64,000 nt of DNA from Patellaria atrata CBS 101060. Lineage: Eukaryota. Position numbers and translations under genes: made by a program. The notes below the pieces were generated by a model. It was not told the DNA's origin. It searched no databases and worked only from the letters and a program-made list of their open reading frames with translations. Positions within the stretch are counted from its first letter, which is position 1; each line of letters begins with the position of its first letter. Shown here in pieces: positions 63,652 to 64,000 of this stretch. The stretch lies in contig MU006094.1 of the NCBI GenBank assembly GCA_010093705.1, positions 1,091,550 through 1,155,549 on the forward strand, read 5' to 3'.

Positions 63652-64000
63652 GTATGGCTCGCGAGGGACTGCAGCAGCGGAAGACTGGACGATGCGATTG
63701 AACCGTCTGACTCCCATCAGGAGCGAATCAACCAAAGCAAAGATATGAGATGATTGATAAATAGATACACGATAAAAGTGGGAATACAACCTAGCTCGCC
63801 AAAATGAAACGGAAAATTTATCTGTTCCACATCGCCCTTCCAATATTAATTACCTCTATATAACCTCCCGTCCCCTACTTAAGTTACAACCCGATAAGCC
63901 GTCTCAAACCACCCCACCTCCTCCCCAAAGACTCCCCATATCCCACCTCGACAACCCCCCTACACATCTCCCACGCCCTCCCCGCGCTCCCAATCGGATA

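Overview
Eukaryotic DNA from a filamentous ascomycete (short GT-AG introns with CTRAC/CTAAC branch sites), about 20 genes in 64 kb. The left arm (1-28.5 kb) is housekeeping: an MtfA-type C2H2 factor, a PNPOx/CREG-like secreted protein, RPS30, an Fmp46-like protein, a large RRM protein, NAC-beta/EGD1, a ferric reductase and Rrp43. The right arm (46.4-64 kb) holds an ankyrin-BTB protein, nimA, a Nup53-like protein, an SDR, a glutamine-synthetase-like ligase and a dienelactone hydrolase. Between them is an ~18 kb accessory block with two tandem IFI6/IFI27(ISG12)-like genes, two decayed Tc1/IS630-type transposons, a CFEM-like membrane protein and two uncharacterised secreted-type proteins. Top leads: (1) a divergent SDR + GS-like pair resembling the actinobacterial GlnA4 gamma-glutamylation (ethanolamine) cluster; (2) a TA-flanked DD34E transposon carrying a second, convergent Cys/His-motif gene; (3) a single-nucleotide exon needed to restore the EGD1 frame; (4) the ISG12-like gene pair; (5) an unassigned structured element at 62.1-62.3 kb. 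Gene models were spliced by eye and families recognised from remembered motifs; no searches were run.
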